Numbered from the stretch's first letter, positions 1 to 14,626 are shown. The stretch: 64,000 bases of DNA from Centroscyllium fabricii (GCA_051313645.2 JBNRSN020000005.1:264740001-264804000); one strand, 5' to 3'. Program-made: numbers and translations. The notes: generated from the sequence alone by a model not told the origin.

Positions 1-3000
1 CCAGTTGAACTCTGGTAATGGGTGTAACTATTGTTTGTTCCGAATGTTGAACACTTCTTGATTTACAGTTTTTAACTGTTCGTTGCCAGTGCTAAAATCC
101 ACAGCAAATCCATAAAATGCTGCTTTTTGGAGTGGTGGTGGTGGTGATAGAATCATAGAGCACAGAAAGAGGCCCTTCGGCCCATCGTGTCCGTGCCGGC
201 CATCAAGCCCTTCCTATTCTAATCCCATTTTCCAGCACTTGGTCTGTAGCCTTGTATGTTATGGCATCTCAAGTGCTCATCCAAATGCCTCTTGAATGTT
301 GAGGGTTCCTGCCTCCACCACCCTTCCAGTCAGGAAATTAAAAAAAAATAAAAAACAACTTCAAAATAGCTTTAAATGTGAGTTACTGTTAAAGGAGATG
401 ACTTCCATTTATGTGGCGTCTTCAACAATCTCCAGACATTCCCTTTGCAGCCAATGAAGTACTTGTAAAATATAGCCACTGTTAAAATGTAGGAAAATGC
501 AACAGCCAATTTGTGCACTGCAAGGTCCCACAAACAGTTATGAGATAATGACCAGATAATTGTGTCTCAGGTTTTTTCCTGTTGGACTTTTAACTGCAAT
601 TGGTGGAAACCTTTTCAGACAGCCATCCTTTTAGATAGTTTCATGCAGTGTAAAAAGGGACAGTCTTTGGCCTATGCAGTCCCAAAGGGCCTAATACTTG
701 GGGTGGTCCATGCAAATTGTTCCATAGCCATGGAAGCATTGATTTTTATAGATGTTCCCTATTCCATGGCACACACCTATGTGGCTCATAAAGGTTAATG
801 TTTGGGCACATCTGGCCCAAGGTACAAGGGAGGGACAAATACAGTCCGTCAAATAAATTAGAACTGAACACAGGAAAAGAATGGCTATAAGCAGGACATG
901 GTCAGGGGTGTGCCCAGGACATGGTCAAAGGTGTGCCAAGAACAGGACAAGGTGGGCCAGACTAGGAAGAACTTTGGGTGAGTGAGGCAGCAGCGGAGCA
1001 GGACACCAGGTGGGCAGACAGAGGTCAAAAAATAACTGCCCATCTCTGATGTTGCTTGGGGGCTATACTGGGCCGAGGCACGATTGCACCAGGAGCACAG
1101 ACCAACTCGAGCCCCAGACATCTGAAAGGTTAGGCTTCAGTGCAAAATTGATACAATTCCAACAAGTGTTTGGAAGGTTTTATGCGTTAATGTAAATAGG
1201 TTTTTGTAAATTATTTAACTTTTAAATGTTTTCGGTTAGAAAGTTTTGTGTAGTCTTTAGGCTGAAGAAACAAAAATGGTAGCTGACAAATTTCGAAAAA
1301 ATATTTTATGCAATTACATAGTTATTAATTGGTAGGTTTTGTGAACTGTTTATGAATTCATTGTGTTCATGCATACTTGGTCAGCTTAGTTTGGGTATTC
1401 CTTAAGGCCCTCTTTACTTCCTCTTGAGTGGTGGTGAGATGGAAGGTTTATTTATGCACTTTCACGTGTTTGATTTGGTATATTGCCTACCTGTTGCAGT
1501 TTGCTGTTTTATGAAGGATGGGGATGGTGGCGGCTCTATTTGAGTCAATCAAATGCAAATATATCCAATTTGCATAAATATGGGTGTGACGCCTGCAGTG
1601 AAGCACGGGCTAGATACATTCTTAAATAGGTGTACGAGCAGAGCTCCTGTAACAGTGCTCATGGTGAATTGGAGAATACACATTTCTAACCATAAGGCTG
1701 TTATCCCATGCAACATACAACATGGTATCAGTGCACTGATTTATGGTGATCGCATGACAAATTCTGAGCAGCATGGAATTGTGGTTTTTTTAGCAGTGTT
1801 TTGGGCATCAAATTCCACCAGTTAGTTGACTTTTCTGTGAAGACAATAAATGAGTGACCTTGACTACTTATTGAATGTACCTGTGCCAATGTATTTAATT
1901 TTTATATTTTGCCTTTTTAATTAATTCTGCCAGACCCCAACATCTCTCCCATTGTTATCCTAGTGCTGTAGATACGGAGCAATTTCTTTCTGCCCCCACC
2001 CAATCCTGCTCTTAAGTTTGGACATTACTTAAGGCCCTCTTTCTTCCCCAATAGTGGTGAGATGGAAGGTTGTGGAGTTTAGCAGTTATGGAAAGTACTG
2101 AGCTGCAATTTGAGGGGATTCCTGGTGTCTGGGAGTGATGGTGGTTAGGGCGGGGGTGTGTGGTGGGGGGAAACGTGCCAAAGTTTGGCAGTGGTGGGGG
2201 TGGGGGGGGGAAATGTTGGGGCTTCACTGAGACATGGCAACACTATGGGGCAGGGGTGTAGAAGTACTGGGGACAAAGCGACAGGAGTGTGGCAGCACTG
2301 GGAATGGAGAGTCCCAGGATGTGACGACACCTGAGCTCATTAGGCTCCATTGAAGGGAGGGGGGGGATTCTAAAATTTTAGAACTGGGGGTCATGGATCC
2401 CAGTTGCTGGCAATGGGGCAGGTTTTGTGATCTAGCCAAAGTTTGGGGGACGGTCAGACTTCTGCCATATTTATAAATAACAACAAACCCATACAATTGT
2501 TTCCATTTTAAAATAGGCTAGGCATTGTCTACTAATGTCTTGATAATTTAATCTGGCCCCAAGGGTAGGAACTAGGGAATTTCAAGCATCTGCCAATCTA
2601 GAGAAACTTGCATCTAATCTGGATGTGTCTATTTAGACCACTTCCCAGGGTTTCGATAAGTGCTTGGCTGAAAGAATCAGGCTAGATTAAACACCACTCC
2701 GTTTTAGTATCCAGACCCCAGATTACCCATGAGCAGTGATGGGAGATCTGATACTAACTTCCTCAAAACTCCTCGCACCATTTCTGTGAAGCCTCTTATC
2801 ATTTGCAGGTAACTACCTAAACTATTCCCATTTATTGGGACTCGACATGTAAACACAACTGAGCTTTACAGCTTGTACATCCCCATTTATGACTTAGTCG
2901 AGGAGTACTTGATTCCATCGTGCAAGCCAAGACTTCAGAAGCCCTTTAATTTAACTTTTAGTTTATGAATAAAGCCATTATTTTAAATTCGTGTAAGTTT

Positions 3001-4654
3001 TATTTGATCGATCCTTCAATTGTATTAATTGCCAAGTCTCTCTTTGCAACCTAAACTGTGTTTATATTGTGCAAGACCTGTGCCAGTGGCATTAGCTTTC
3101 AGCATGTTATCTGGAGCCAAGTGGGAAGAGTCCCAGCTATCAATGGCACAAGTACCCCTCCAAATTCCACCAATGAGCCAGACTGGCTGGTCAAAGGATT
3201 GATACAGTTCCAGTTTCCATTGTCAGACATGTTATTTTGCAGCAAACTTGACCTCGAAAGAGACCCCATTTGTCACACTCCATCTCGAGGAAAGTAGGCC
3301 CTTTTTGATCATACAACTAATCAGTTTGAATTTGAGCCCCTGCTGGGCAAGCAGCAGGTAGCAGGAACTCCTGAGCTTTAAATCTATCCCCCCCCCCTTC
3401 CCGGCTTCGCTAGTTTAGAAAAAAGGTCATCGACCTGAAACGTCAACTGTTTCTCTCTCCACCGATGCTGCCTGGCCTGCTGAGTTTCTCCAGTGTTGTC
3501 TCTTGTTACTCCTGAGTATCATGTGGGCAGCACAAATTGTTATAAGATGTGAGTGTGCATTGCCACCATTCTTCTGACCGCAGGTACCCCGTCCAACAGT
3601 GGCTCTACCAGTTAGAGGTGATGAGCTTCAGCACCACATGCGCAACTTCCCGTTGCTGTCGATTCTGTCCCCGGTATAAAATGAGCCAGTTTAGCACAAC
3701 AGAAACTGGACCACTTCCATAGGCAGGGATAAAAAGTTTCTCGCTACTGCACTAAAACCAGCATTTATATGGCAAGAGGTTGATGATTGTGATGGTAAAA
3801 GGAGCATGACTGATGCAACCCTTACTTTCTTCTGCTTTCCACCCTAGCTATGATTCAACATTTAAAACCTAGCCAAGACTTGGGTTCTCAGTGTAGCTAT
3901 AAAAAAAAAAAATGAAAACTTTTCAGTTGCACTAAGATGAATAGTTTTGTTGCCACCTTTCCCTTTGGTAGGCAATCTTGCTAACAACCACCTGGTTGCA
4001 TTGATCTGCCTTCAACATCTGGATTTTTCAGTTCCAAAAATGATTTATGGATTCTGGGTCCAGTAGTTTGTTGTTTTTCATTATAAAACCAAGAACAAAA
4101 TGCACTTTTAAACATTATCATGCAGGATTGATGTTACATTTTGTGCATAGCTATAATCGAGGTTGTAAGAGCTGAAGGTGGTGCCATGACAATTTCCTCT
4201 GCATCGCCAGGCTATCTAACAATTTATCATTAGGATATAAGCAAGTCATTGAGATTAGAGAGAACCTTGAATGCTTTTCGTGTCACACATGGAAACTGTT
4301 ACTGAGGCAAACTGTTGAAGGTGTTATTTTTAAATCTGTGTTTTTTGTTCCCATTTTTAAAACCACTAATAGTGCTGAGCAATGTTGAGATTATTCATGT
4401 AGCTGTAATTGTATCCATTTTCCATTTTTAGGAAGAATTTTGGTTTTGGTTTTCAGCTGATCCTCTTGGCCCTCATTGTTTCAGGGAATTGGTCTCCCTG
4501 TATAGTCATTTCCTTAAAATGTCAGCTTGGACACTGACCTAAATACTGTACACCAGTAGTAATGCCACACAGATGTTGGGAGCAGCTTTATGAATGAAAT
4601 ATTAACCTATGTTGAGATGTATTCAATGATTTTAACAAGTTTTTAAAAACCTCT

Positions 4655-6080
4655 GAAATAACAAACGCTGGAAACACTCAGCAGGCCAGGCAGCATCGGT
4701 GGAGAGAGAAACAGAGTTAACGTTTCAGGTCGATGACCTTTTGTCAGAACTGGGGGGGGAAGGAAGCAGGAAATGGAAAGCAAGGTTGGGGGCCGAGAAA
4801 GGGGGAAGGGGATGAAAGAACAAAAGGGAAGGTCAGTGATGGGCTAGAAAGCAGGATAGATTGAGACACATTCAAGGCAAGGGGAGGTGGAAATGGGACA
4901 GGTTAAAGAACAAAGGATGGCTCTCGATGGGGTGTGAGTTACGCTGGCAGAATGAAAGACAGCTGAAGGGAGGGAAGAGAAGTGTGGATTAAAAAAAAGT
5001 GATGGGGGCCGAGGTTATGATCTAAAATTGTTGAATTCTATGTTGAGTCCAGAGGGCTGTAGAGTGCCTAATCGAAAGATGAGGTGCTGTTTCTCGAGCT
5101 TACGCTGGGCTTTCGTGGAACAATGCAAGAGGCAGAGGACAGTGAAGTCTGAATTGGAGTGGAGAATTAAAGTGACAGGCCACCGGGAGCTCGGGGGTCC
5201 CCCTTACGGACTGAGCGGAGGTGTTCCGCAAAGCGGTCACCCAATTTGCATTTAATCTCCCCAGTGTAGAGGAGACCACATCGTGAGCAGCGAATATAGT
5301 AAACTAAATTGCAAGCAGTACAAGTAAATCGCTGTTTCACCTGGAAGGGGTGTTTGGGGCCCTGGACAGTGGGAAGGGGGGAGGTATAATGGAGTATGCT
5401 GCATCTCCTGCGCTTGCATGGGGAAGGGGTGCTGGGGGTGGTAGAGGAGTGGACTAGGGTGTCGCGGAGAGAGCGGTCCCTATGGAATGCTGAAAGGTGA
5501 GGGGAGGGGAAGATGTATTTTGTGGTGGGATCACGCTGGAGGTGGTGGAGGATGATTTGTTGAATGTGGAGGCTGGTGGGGTGAAAGGTGAGGACAATGG
5601 GAAATTTACTGTGGTTCCAGGCGGGAGGGGCAGGGGTAGGGGTGAGAACCGAAGTACAGGAGATAGAACGGTCGAGGGCCGTGTCAACCATAGAAGGGAA
5701 TCCTCGGTTGAGGAAAAAGGAAGACCTGTTGGAAGCACTGGTATGGAAGGTGGCATCGTCTGAGCAGATGCGGCGGAGATGGAGAAACTGGGAAAATGGA
5801 ATAGTCCTTACAGGAGGTGGGGTGGGAGGAAGTGTAGTCCAGGTAGTTGTGGGAGTCAGTGGGCTTGAGTGAATGTTGGTCAATAACCTATCCCCAGAGA
5901 TGGAGCCAGAAGTCAAGGAAGGGATGAGTCGGAGATGGACCATGTGAAGGTGAGGGAAGGGCGGAAATTGGAAGCAAAGTGAGCATTTTCTAGTTCAGGG
6001 CGAGAGCAGGAGAGGTACCGATACAGTCATCAATATACTGGAAAAAGAGGTGAGGGAGGGGACCTGAGTAGGACTGGAAC
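4655..6080 (-). mobile_element. Penelope-like retroelement, 5'-truncated, GIY-YIG endonuclease remnant plus 3' terminus
   Basis: ORF 5167-5943: IPFSQFLHLRRICSD...YYIRCSRCGLLYTGE..LGDRFAEHLRSV (GIY-YIG); terminal ...GAAACGTTAACTCTG...GATGCTGCCTGGCCTGCTGAG. Confidence 0.85.
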
Positions 6081-7876
6081 AAAGAGTAAAAACCTCTGCT
6101 CTGACGGTTTCTCTTCTCTCTTCATCCTGTTTTCTAATATGCTTAACTGTGTATTTCTCATCAATTATTTCAATAATGTTTTCTAACTTTAATTTCAAAA
6201 AATAATTTTCTTAGAGTTCTGTGTCTTCTCCATCCTCCTGCTGTGGCACTGACCTACAAGTTTAAATTAAATCATAATTGGCTAAAAAGAAAATAGTATG
6301 AATAAGTTGCAACATCAGTATGGTGTCGTGTCACAACTCAAAACTGGGTCTATTTTTACACAATGAAATGAGCTATACGGCATTTGTTGGAAAGTGGTAG
6401 CTTTATTGCAGTAAAGTGGAGGAAATTAACTCTGAATAGTTGGAGATTAAATTAAGTTTCTAGTTACCAAGTGGGTCTTGTCAATCATCTGAGATGGCAT
6501 GTGATCTTTTCTAATTTGTCAGGTGTTCAAAACTGCCAATATTGGCCAAATCCGGGTGAACTGCATTGCTTCTTTTACCAAATCATAAACCCTAGTTTAA
6601 AAACGAGCGCCGCCCTTTGTTCAGGGAGCAGAAGATGTCACGTCTGTTTTAATCGCAGTTTGTTGCTCTATTACTGTGGATTTGCTTGCCCCAAGCTGCT
6701 GATTTCCATAAATTATCATTTGAGCAACTGAGCCACTTCTGGTAACAAGAGGATGTCCTTTCAACCAATCACCTATCAGAACTCACTTGCAAAAGATGGA
6801 AACTGATAGTCTACTGTAGCAACATTCCCATTTTAATGATTGAAGCTGACAATATGGTCAGATTCAATCTCTGGCGCGATCAATTAACCATGATCCTTGT
6901 ATGCTTTTCAGTGCCGATGAGAAACCCTGCCTTCCTCACAATGCAAGAAGGCAGTGAAAAGGTGTATCCTATTTGCATCACTGGAGCCAACACTACATCC
7001 TTCAGTGCAGTGTATATGCAGAACCTGATTATTTGTGTCTCTTTCCCTCCTTTGTTTTTCCTTTTTTTTTAACCCTGTATTTCTTCTCCACCCCCAGATT
7101 TTTTCCCCTCGTTTTCACAGCCCACCTAGTTGTGAGGGTAAGCACTGCATTCACAGGTTCAAAGCTTTTGTTACCTTAACGAGCTCTGCCTGGAGAATGA
7201 GACTGTGAAAGAACACTTTGGAAGTAGGGCTGGCACACAATCCATGCTTGTAATGAAAGCCCCCTATTAAAGCTATGGGTCCTGTAGCTTGGCTCCACCT
7301 TCACGGTGTTCCTTTGCATTCTCTCGCCCACCAGCAAGAAAAACTAGAAGGAAACAAAGTGTGGATTCACCAGCATGTTGCTGGCAAGAGAAATCACATT
7401 CTAGGGCGAGGGGGCTTCACAGCAATGCCACATGCGTGAGCGTTGGTCAGCTTGAATTGTTATTGGCTCCTCTGATGACTGAGTAACGTCACTGTTTCTG
7501 AGCCAGGAATGTTCCAGGTCTCTGCTGTCTGCTGGTCTCACCTGTTGCAGTGGTAGAGATTGACCCTGGATTGGAGAAGTGAATTGTGGCCAACGTTCCT
7601 GCCCTGTTCGTGACTCCCTCTTGGAAATGCACTCTTGTGAGCGCACGTTGACGAAAGTATCAGTCTTGGCTTCAATGGCTTCCACGGGCAATAGGTTGCT
7701 GATGCTGACAGTCACAAGTGAAGTGCCAAGAACAGGCCCACCCCCTGTAACTGCATCTCAGTAAGTAGTCTTAATCCTCTCCCATGGATCTCTCCCTCAG
7801 TAAGGGAGCCACAGCCCTGCCCTGTGGAACTGTCTCTCAGTAAGGGAGTCACAACCCCATCCCATGGAAATGTACA

Positions 7877-10030
7877 CCCGCCATCGTGTTGTGTGGCACT
7901 ATCACCGTGCTAAATGGGATAGATTCGGGACAGATCGAGCAGCTCAAAACTGGGCACCCAGGAGGCGCTGTGGACCATCAGCAGCAAAATTGTATTCCAC
8001 CACAATCTGTAACCTCATGGCCCGGCATATCCCTCACTCTACCATTACCATCAAGCCAGGGGACCAACCCTGGTTCAATAAGGGGTGTAGAAGAGCATGC
8101 CAGAAGCAGCGCCAGGCGTACCTAAACATTAGGTGCCAACCTGGGAAAGCTGCAACACAGGACTACACGCATGCGAAAAAGCAGAAGCAGCATGCTATAG
8201 ACAGAGCTAAGTGATTCCACAATCAACGGATCAGATCAAAGCTCTGCAGTCCTGCCACATCCAGTCATGAATGGTGGACCATTAAACAACTAACGGGAGG
8301 AGGAGGCTCCATGAATATCCCCATCAATGATGGTGGAGCCCAGCACGTGAATACAAAAGACAATGTTGCAGCATTTGCAACCCTCTTCAGCCAGAAGTGC
8401 TGGATGAATGATCCATTTCGGCCTCCTAAGGTCCCCACCATCACAGAAGCCAATCTTCAGCCAACTCGATTCACTCCATGTGATATCAAGAAACAGCTGA
8501 GCACACTAGATACAGCAAAGGCTATGGGCCCCGACAACATCCCGGCTATCATGCTAAAGACTTGTGCTCCAGAACTAGCCGTGCCTCTAGCTAAGCTGTT
8601 CCAGTACAGCTACAACACTGGCATCTATCCGACAATGTGGAAAACTGCCCAGGTATGTCTTGTCCACAAAAAGCAGGACAAATCCAATTTGGCCAATTAC
8701 TGCCCCATCAGTCTACTCTCAATCATCAAAGTGATGGAAGGTGACATTGACAGTGCTATCAAGCGGCACTTATTCACCAATAACCTGCTCACTGGTGATG
8801 CCCAGTTTGGGTTCTGCCAGGACCACTCTGACTCAACCTCATTACAGCCTTGGTCCAAACATGGACAAAGGAGCTGAATTCCAGAGGTGAGGTGAGAGTG
8901 ACTGACCTTGACATCAAGGCAGCATTTGACCGAGTGTTGCATCAAGGTGTCCTAGTAAAACTGAAGTCAATGGGAATCGGGGTGGGAATATGCTCCACTG
9001 GCTGGAGTCGTACCTAGCACAAAGGAAGATGGCTGTGGTGGTTTAAGGTTAATCATCACAGCCCCAGGACATTGTCCTGAGGAACTCCTGCAGCAGTGTC
9101 CTAGGCCCAACCATCTTCAGCTGCTTAATCAATGACCTTCCCTCCAACATAATGTCAGAAATGGGGACGTTTGCTGATGACTGCAGTGTTCAGCACCATT
9201 CACATTTCCTCAATGAAGCAGTCCATGCCGGCATTCAACAAGACCTGGACAACGTTCAGGCTTGGGCTGATCTGTGGCACAAATGTTACCTGCCACTTAA
9301 GTACCAGGCAATGACTATCTCCAACAAGCGAGTGTCTAACCACCTCCCCTTGACATTCAATGGCATTACCATTGCAGAATCCCCCACCATCAACATCCTG
9401 GGGTCACCAGTGACCAGAAAATTAACTGGACCAGCCACATAAATACTGTGGTGACAAGAGCAGGTCAGAAGCTAGGTATTCTGTGGTGGGTGTCTCATCT
9501 CTTGACTCCTCAAAGCCTTTTCACCATCTACAAGGCACAAGTAAGGAATGTGATGGAATACTCTCCACTTGCCTGGATTCTGGATAAGTGCAGCTCCAAC
9601 AACACTGAAGAAACTCTCCATCATCCAGGGCAAAGCAGTCTGCTTGATTGGCACCTCATTCACTCCCTCCACCGCCGGCGTACTGTGGCTGCAGCCTGTA
9701 CCATCTACAAGATGCACTGCAGCAACTTGCCAAGGCTTCTTCGGCAGCACCTCCAGAACTTGTGACCTCTACCACCTAGGGCAGCAGGCGCATGGGTACA
9801 CCACCACCACCAAGTTACCCACCATCCTGACTGAGATGTATATCGCTGATCCTTCATCGTCGCTTGATCAAAATCCTGGAACAACTCCCTCCCTAACAGC
9901 ACTGTGGCTGTACTTTCACCACACGGACTGCAGCGGTTCAAGAAGGTGGCTCACCACCACCTTCTCGAGGGCAATTGGGGAGGGGGCAATAAATGCTGGC
10001 TTTGCCAGTGATGCCCACATCCCATGAAAA
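7877..10030 (+). mobile_element. Non-LTR retrotransposon (CR1/Jockey-group), decayed RT
   Basis: Frameshifted ORFs: KAMGPDNIPAIMLKTCAPELA..PLAKLFQ..YCPISLLS, FADDC, YKAQVRNVMEY; AATAAA near the 3' end. Confidence 0.85.
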
Positions 10031-10682
10031 ATGTTTTAAAGTAAGAGTCACAGCCCTGTCCCATGGAACTGTATTTCAGTAAAGGAGTTGGTACTTTCAA
10101 GAGAGGATAAAATTCGACTGAGTGGCAGTTCAGCATGCTTTTCAGTCCTATTACCCCCACAATTGACTGCAACACATGGCTTAAGGTTACAGAAAGAGTA
10201 CTGATACCATCCAGGCATCACCATCAGTATAATGTACCCTGTCAAGCCACTGATTAGGTAGCTAAATAGAATATGTACATTAGTATTGTATGCTGGATCA
10301 GTGAAAGCATTGAGGAAATCTGTTTATCTGTTCACACACGCACGTGCAAAATTTCCTGTGAGATGGCCTTGTTTTTCAGCATTGCAGGTAAAATAACTTC
10401 AGTGAGACGCCAGTAGGCAAAACAATGGGATTGTGATGACTTGTTTTTTATCTGCTGAATTTAGTTGACCCAATGAACTTTGAAACATTCTTGTTCATCA
10501 TGAATAATAGGATCAGAAAAGTAATCTGGTTGTTAGTTTAGAAGTTTGATTATGGTCCAGTAGGAGGGCAAACAGAGTGCAGCAGACTGCAAATGGTGCC
10601 AGAACCCTCTAACCTTGTGGTTGTTTTTTGATTCTCCTCATCATATCTACATAATTCTGCTGTTCTTCTCTCTGCTTCACAG

Positions 10683-10876
10683 GTGTCCTTGAGCTAGACC
10701 TGAATTCCACAATATGTCCAGCCAAAACAGCTGCAGGATGCAACTTGAAAATGCTCCCAGAGGTGAAGGGAACTGCTTCTACGAAAGCACCTAAAACGAC
10801 TTCACTTTTTTCTCAGAAATCTCTAAATGGATGGTGGCCATGTGCCCAAGAGAAAGATGGCAACCGTATTTTGGCT
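10683..10876 (+). CDS. MYOF: Myoferlin, fourth-from-last coding exon (last C2 domain region)
   Basis: Polypyrimidine tract + cacag|GT acceptor; reads (G)VLELDLNSTICPAKTAAGCNLKMLPEV...SLFSQKSLNGWWPCAQEKDGNRILA|gtaagg, matching recalled human MYOF GFLELDL...SLFEQKSMKGWWPCYAEKDGARVMA. No upstream exon recognised in 1-10682. Confidence 0.93.
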
Positions 10877-12222
10877 GTAAGGACCTTCCAGTGTATTATT
10901 GGGATTTTATTTTCAGTATTCTCACATAACTGGTCTCTAATTCTTATCGTTTGTTTTTGTGAAAAATGTAACTGACTTCAAACAATAATTTTGTGAATGG
11001 GTCAAAGATTTATTATAAATGAAGTGGCCAATTTTCATGGTGTTAGGAGAGCAGTGTAGGATTACTATTCCTAAGGCCGAAGAGATCTGGTGTATTTGGA
11101 GTAAGACTCGCTCACTTTGATGTATTTCACTCTGAAGATCAAATAACACTCCATGGTTTGCAACCTCTGTTTTTTGACCTTGTTCATTTTCCTACTGTTG
11201 CACAAGAGTAGTCCAAATTCGAGAAATGTTGGGGCAGGCAGATAGTTATTCAACCTGTTGAATAAAATAAACTGGCTCTAATTTTTTTTTTTAGCAAACT
11301 GTGTTTCAGTGCAATTCACCTGAAACTGGCCCAACCAGCAATTTCCAGCACTGATGGTTTCCAATGATCTTTTGCACGGATTTAAAAAAAAAGTCCTGCT
11401 GGAAGCCGGACCCGCCCACTAAACTGGCTGCATCCCCAGTTCAAATTGATCACCTTTGAGAGTTTCTGCTAACTTCAAGAAGGCTCTTGAAATTGAGCTT
11501 TTTTGGGTGCAGGGCCACCAAATAGGCAAGTATTACAAAGAAACCAGCTCAACATCCATAAGAAGGGAAAACTTTAATGTTTTCAAATACTCACTTAATC
11601 GACCAGCATGCAGAAAAGCCTCACACATTCATGTGTATCCGTATACAGCATGCATGTGTTTGTACAGCAGCAAATGTATTTTGCACAGCACCATACGAAT
11701 TTTTCACTGCACATTTTCCCTACAGGAAAAATATGACCGACAATCATTTAAATTTGTACAAGGAATATGAAAGGCTACCTGATTAATGATTCAACAGCCA
11801 GGAGCCACAGTAATATGTTTGGCATTGCCATTAAGCTTTTAAATAGCTCAGTTCATCACTCATAACCAATGATGGCACCTTGTTGAAAGAATTTTAAACT
11901 AAAATAGAAAAACCATCACTGCCATTCCGTTAACCCTTAAAGTAATGCTTGAATACCAGACAAACCTTTTAGATCCACTGTTTGGTTAGCTAATTGAGAA
12001 TATCACTAAAATAACCCTGCCCCCAATTCATGGATCGCATACTTGCTTTAGTCAGCTTTTGAGATCAGGCTGTTGGCCTAAAAAGGATTGCATAGTGTAC
12101 TGCTTTTAAAAGGTTGAGGTAATCCTAGAAGTCCTGTACTCTAAGGTAACCGTATCACTTATCTGTGAATGCCTGTTCTGGTTAGACAACTTGCTAAAAG
12201 TGTTTTTTTCTTTGTTTTCCAG

Positions 12223-12332
12223 GGTAAAGTTGAAATGACACTGGAGATTATCACTGAACAAGAGGCTGAGGAAAAACCTGCTGCCAAAGCGAGGGATGAA
12301 CCCAACATGAACCCAAAACTGGAGCCTCCAAA
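12223..12332 (+). CDS. MYOF: Myoferlin exon ([36 protein letters not shown])
   Basis: ttttccag|GGT acceptor, AA|gtaacc donor, 110 nt, phase fits both neighbours; ferlin C-terminal motif GKVEMTLEI...[10 protein letters not shown]. Confidence 0.95.
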
Positions 12333-13252
12333 GTAACCTTTTTTTCCTTGATTTTGTTTTTATATATTTGTGCCTTTATATGTAGGCCCCTGTTTCTTCA
12401 AAATGTGCTTCGCATTTGAAAGCAGAGGGGTCTATATGCTTTAAACATTGAATACAGGCTATTTGAAGTGAATGGATGGGTTTTACCCATTCTTTCAAAG
12501 CAGAGATGCTTTATCTCCTCTTGTTTCAGGCAGTCAGGATTTACATTCAAGTGTCCTATTGAGAGTTTTGTTCTTTCAACTACTCAAAAGTAGACAACAT
12601 TTCAGCAGTTAGTTTATTCTTTGAAATTTGGTCACATGAAATTTAGACGAGGGAGGCATTTACCTTTCATACCTTTTTATTTTGGGGGATGTTACAATCT
12701 TTGTAACCTTCACCTACATTCATCATGTTGCTCGTGAATCAGTGTATAAACTGACCCCCCCCCCCCCCCCCCCCTTTCCTCCAACATTGTTTCAGCATTC
12801 TCCCCCTCCCTTTCTGAAAGCATGGATTCCTGTTGGGGTACAGCTCCACAGCTGCTGGTTTCCCTCCGGGATCTCATTATACAAGAGCACAGATAACCAG
12901 CAGGGTGGGAGATTGAAGCCAAGCCTGATCCTTTCATGACCAGCAGGAGTCGCAGTACATAGATGAGGAGAAGCAAGGTGGCTGCAGGATCGGGATGCAA
13001 CAAGAATCAGCCAGTGAAGACACAAGCTTGGATACCCCTGGGTTAGGGAGGTGGAAATCTGTCAGGGTTCCCACTCCTAATGACCCTTTGCAGCAGAGGG
13101 CACTGGATAATGTTTGTGTGGGTGTAGGGTAAGGGCAGGTTGGGACTGTTACGTGCTCGCTCTCTGTAGTTCAATACCCCTCTGACACTTGCTGTCCAGG
13201 CTAATGCATAAACAGCCACTTGAGGGAGGTATAGAAGGGTTGCTGCTATCCA

Positions 13253-14066
13253 GAAACATGGAAGATAGGAGCAGGAGTAGGCCATTCGGCCCCTCGAGCC
13301 TGCATTGCCATTTAATGAGATCATGGCTGATCATCCAAATTCAGTACCCTGTCCCTGCCTTCTCTCGATATCTCTTGATCTCTTTAGCCTTACAAAATAT
13401 ATCTAACTCCATCTTGAATATATTTAATGAATTGGCCTCCACTGCCTTCTGTGGTAGAAAATTCCACAGGTTCACCACTCTCTGGGTGAAGAAATTCCTC
13501 CTCATCTCTGTCCTAAATGTCTTACCCCTTATCCTTAGACTGTGGCCCCTGGTTCTGGACTCCCCCCACCCATTGGGAACATTCTTCCTGCATCTAGTCT
13601 GTCTAGTCCTGTTAGAATTTTATACGTTTCAATGAGATCCCCTCTCATTCTTCTAAACTCCAGCGAGTATAAACCCAATCGACTCAGTCTCTCCTCATGC
13701 GTCATTCCTGCCATTCTAGGTATAGGTCTGGTGAGTCTTTGCTGCATTCCCTCCATGGCAAGAACATCCTTCCTAAGGTGTTCAAAACTGCACACACTAC
13801 TCTGTGTGGTCTCACCAAGGCCCTGTACAACTGTAGCAAGACATCCTTGTTCCTGTACTGAAACCCTCTCGCTACGAAGGCCAACATACCATTTGCCTTC
13901 CTTCCCGCCTGCTGCACCTGCATGCTTACCTTCAGCAACTGGCGCACAAGGACACCCAGGTCTCGTTACACCACTTCTCCCAATCTATTACCGTTCAGAT
14001 AATCTGTCTTCCTGTTTTTGTCATTAAAGTGGATAACCTCGCATTTATCCACATTATACTGCATCT
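13253..14066 (-). mobile_element. CR1 (HER1-like) LINE 3' fragment
   Basis: ERLSRLGLYSLEFRRMRGDLIETYKIL; CR1 tail ...GGCCGAATGGCCTACTCCTGCTCC... Confidence 0.88.
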
Positions 14067-14394
14067 GAACAATCTGCCAAAAGAAAGTCATGACACTACA
14101 TCCTTCAGGAAAGGCAAAGAAAATGGAAGGGGGGAAATTAAACCAACAAAGGACATAACAAAAGTCGCATTTTGCAAATACTGGAACAGGTGTACATTGA
14201 AAAGACACGGAAAGGAAAGTCGGTGCTTAGACGTTTAAAAGCCTCTGGCTGGTTGCTATGTTGTACACAATTTCTTGCTCATTGGTGTTGGCTACATCTG
14301 CTTGGTGGCCGGGATACTGCCATGAGATCTTTAACATTCAGGCAGATGGGGTCTCAGCTTAACATCTCTTAAGGACAGCTCAGCTGATAATGCA

Positions 14395-14472
14395 GCGGTC
14401 GAGTATCAACCTAGATTATGGCGGTCAAGTATCAACCTAGATTATGGCGGTCAAGTATCAACCTAGATTATG
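14395..14472 (+). repeat. 26-bp tandem triplication
   Basis: gcggtc(g/a)agtatcaacctagattatg x3 inside a Deu-SINE remnant. Confidence 0.9.
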
Positions 14473-14626
14473 TATGGAAGTCCAGGAGTGGGATTTGAAC
14501 TCCCAATTGTTAACTGAACCCATCTGATACTGAACCATGCTGGTTATTTGCACCTAGTTGATGTATGTTATAAGTTGGGTTGGATGCTGTCTTTTTCTCC
14601 TCTCACCTCCACACACAAGTCGTGTG

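Noticed and set aside
1-10682. Further MYOF exons or an independent gene among the short ORFs
   Set aside because: No ferlin motif (e.g. IWDNDKFS) recognised; ORFs are transposon-derived or random.
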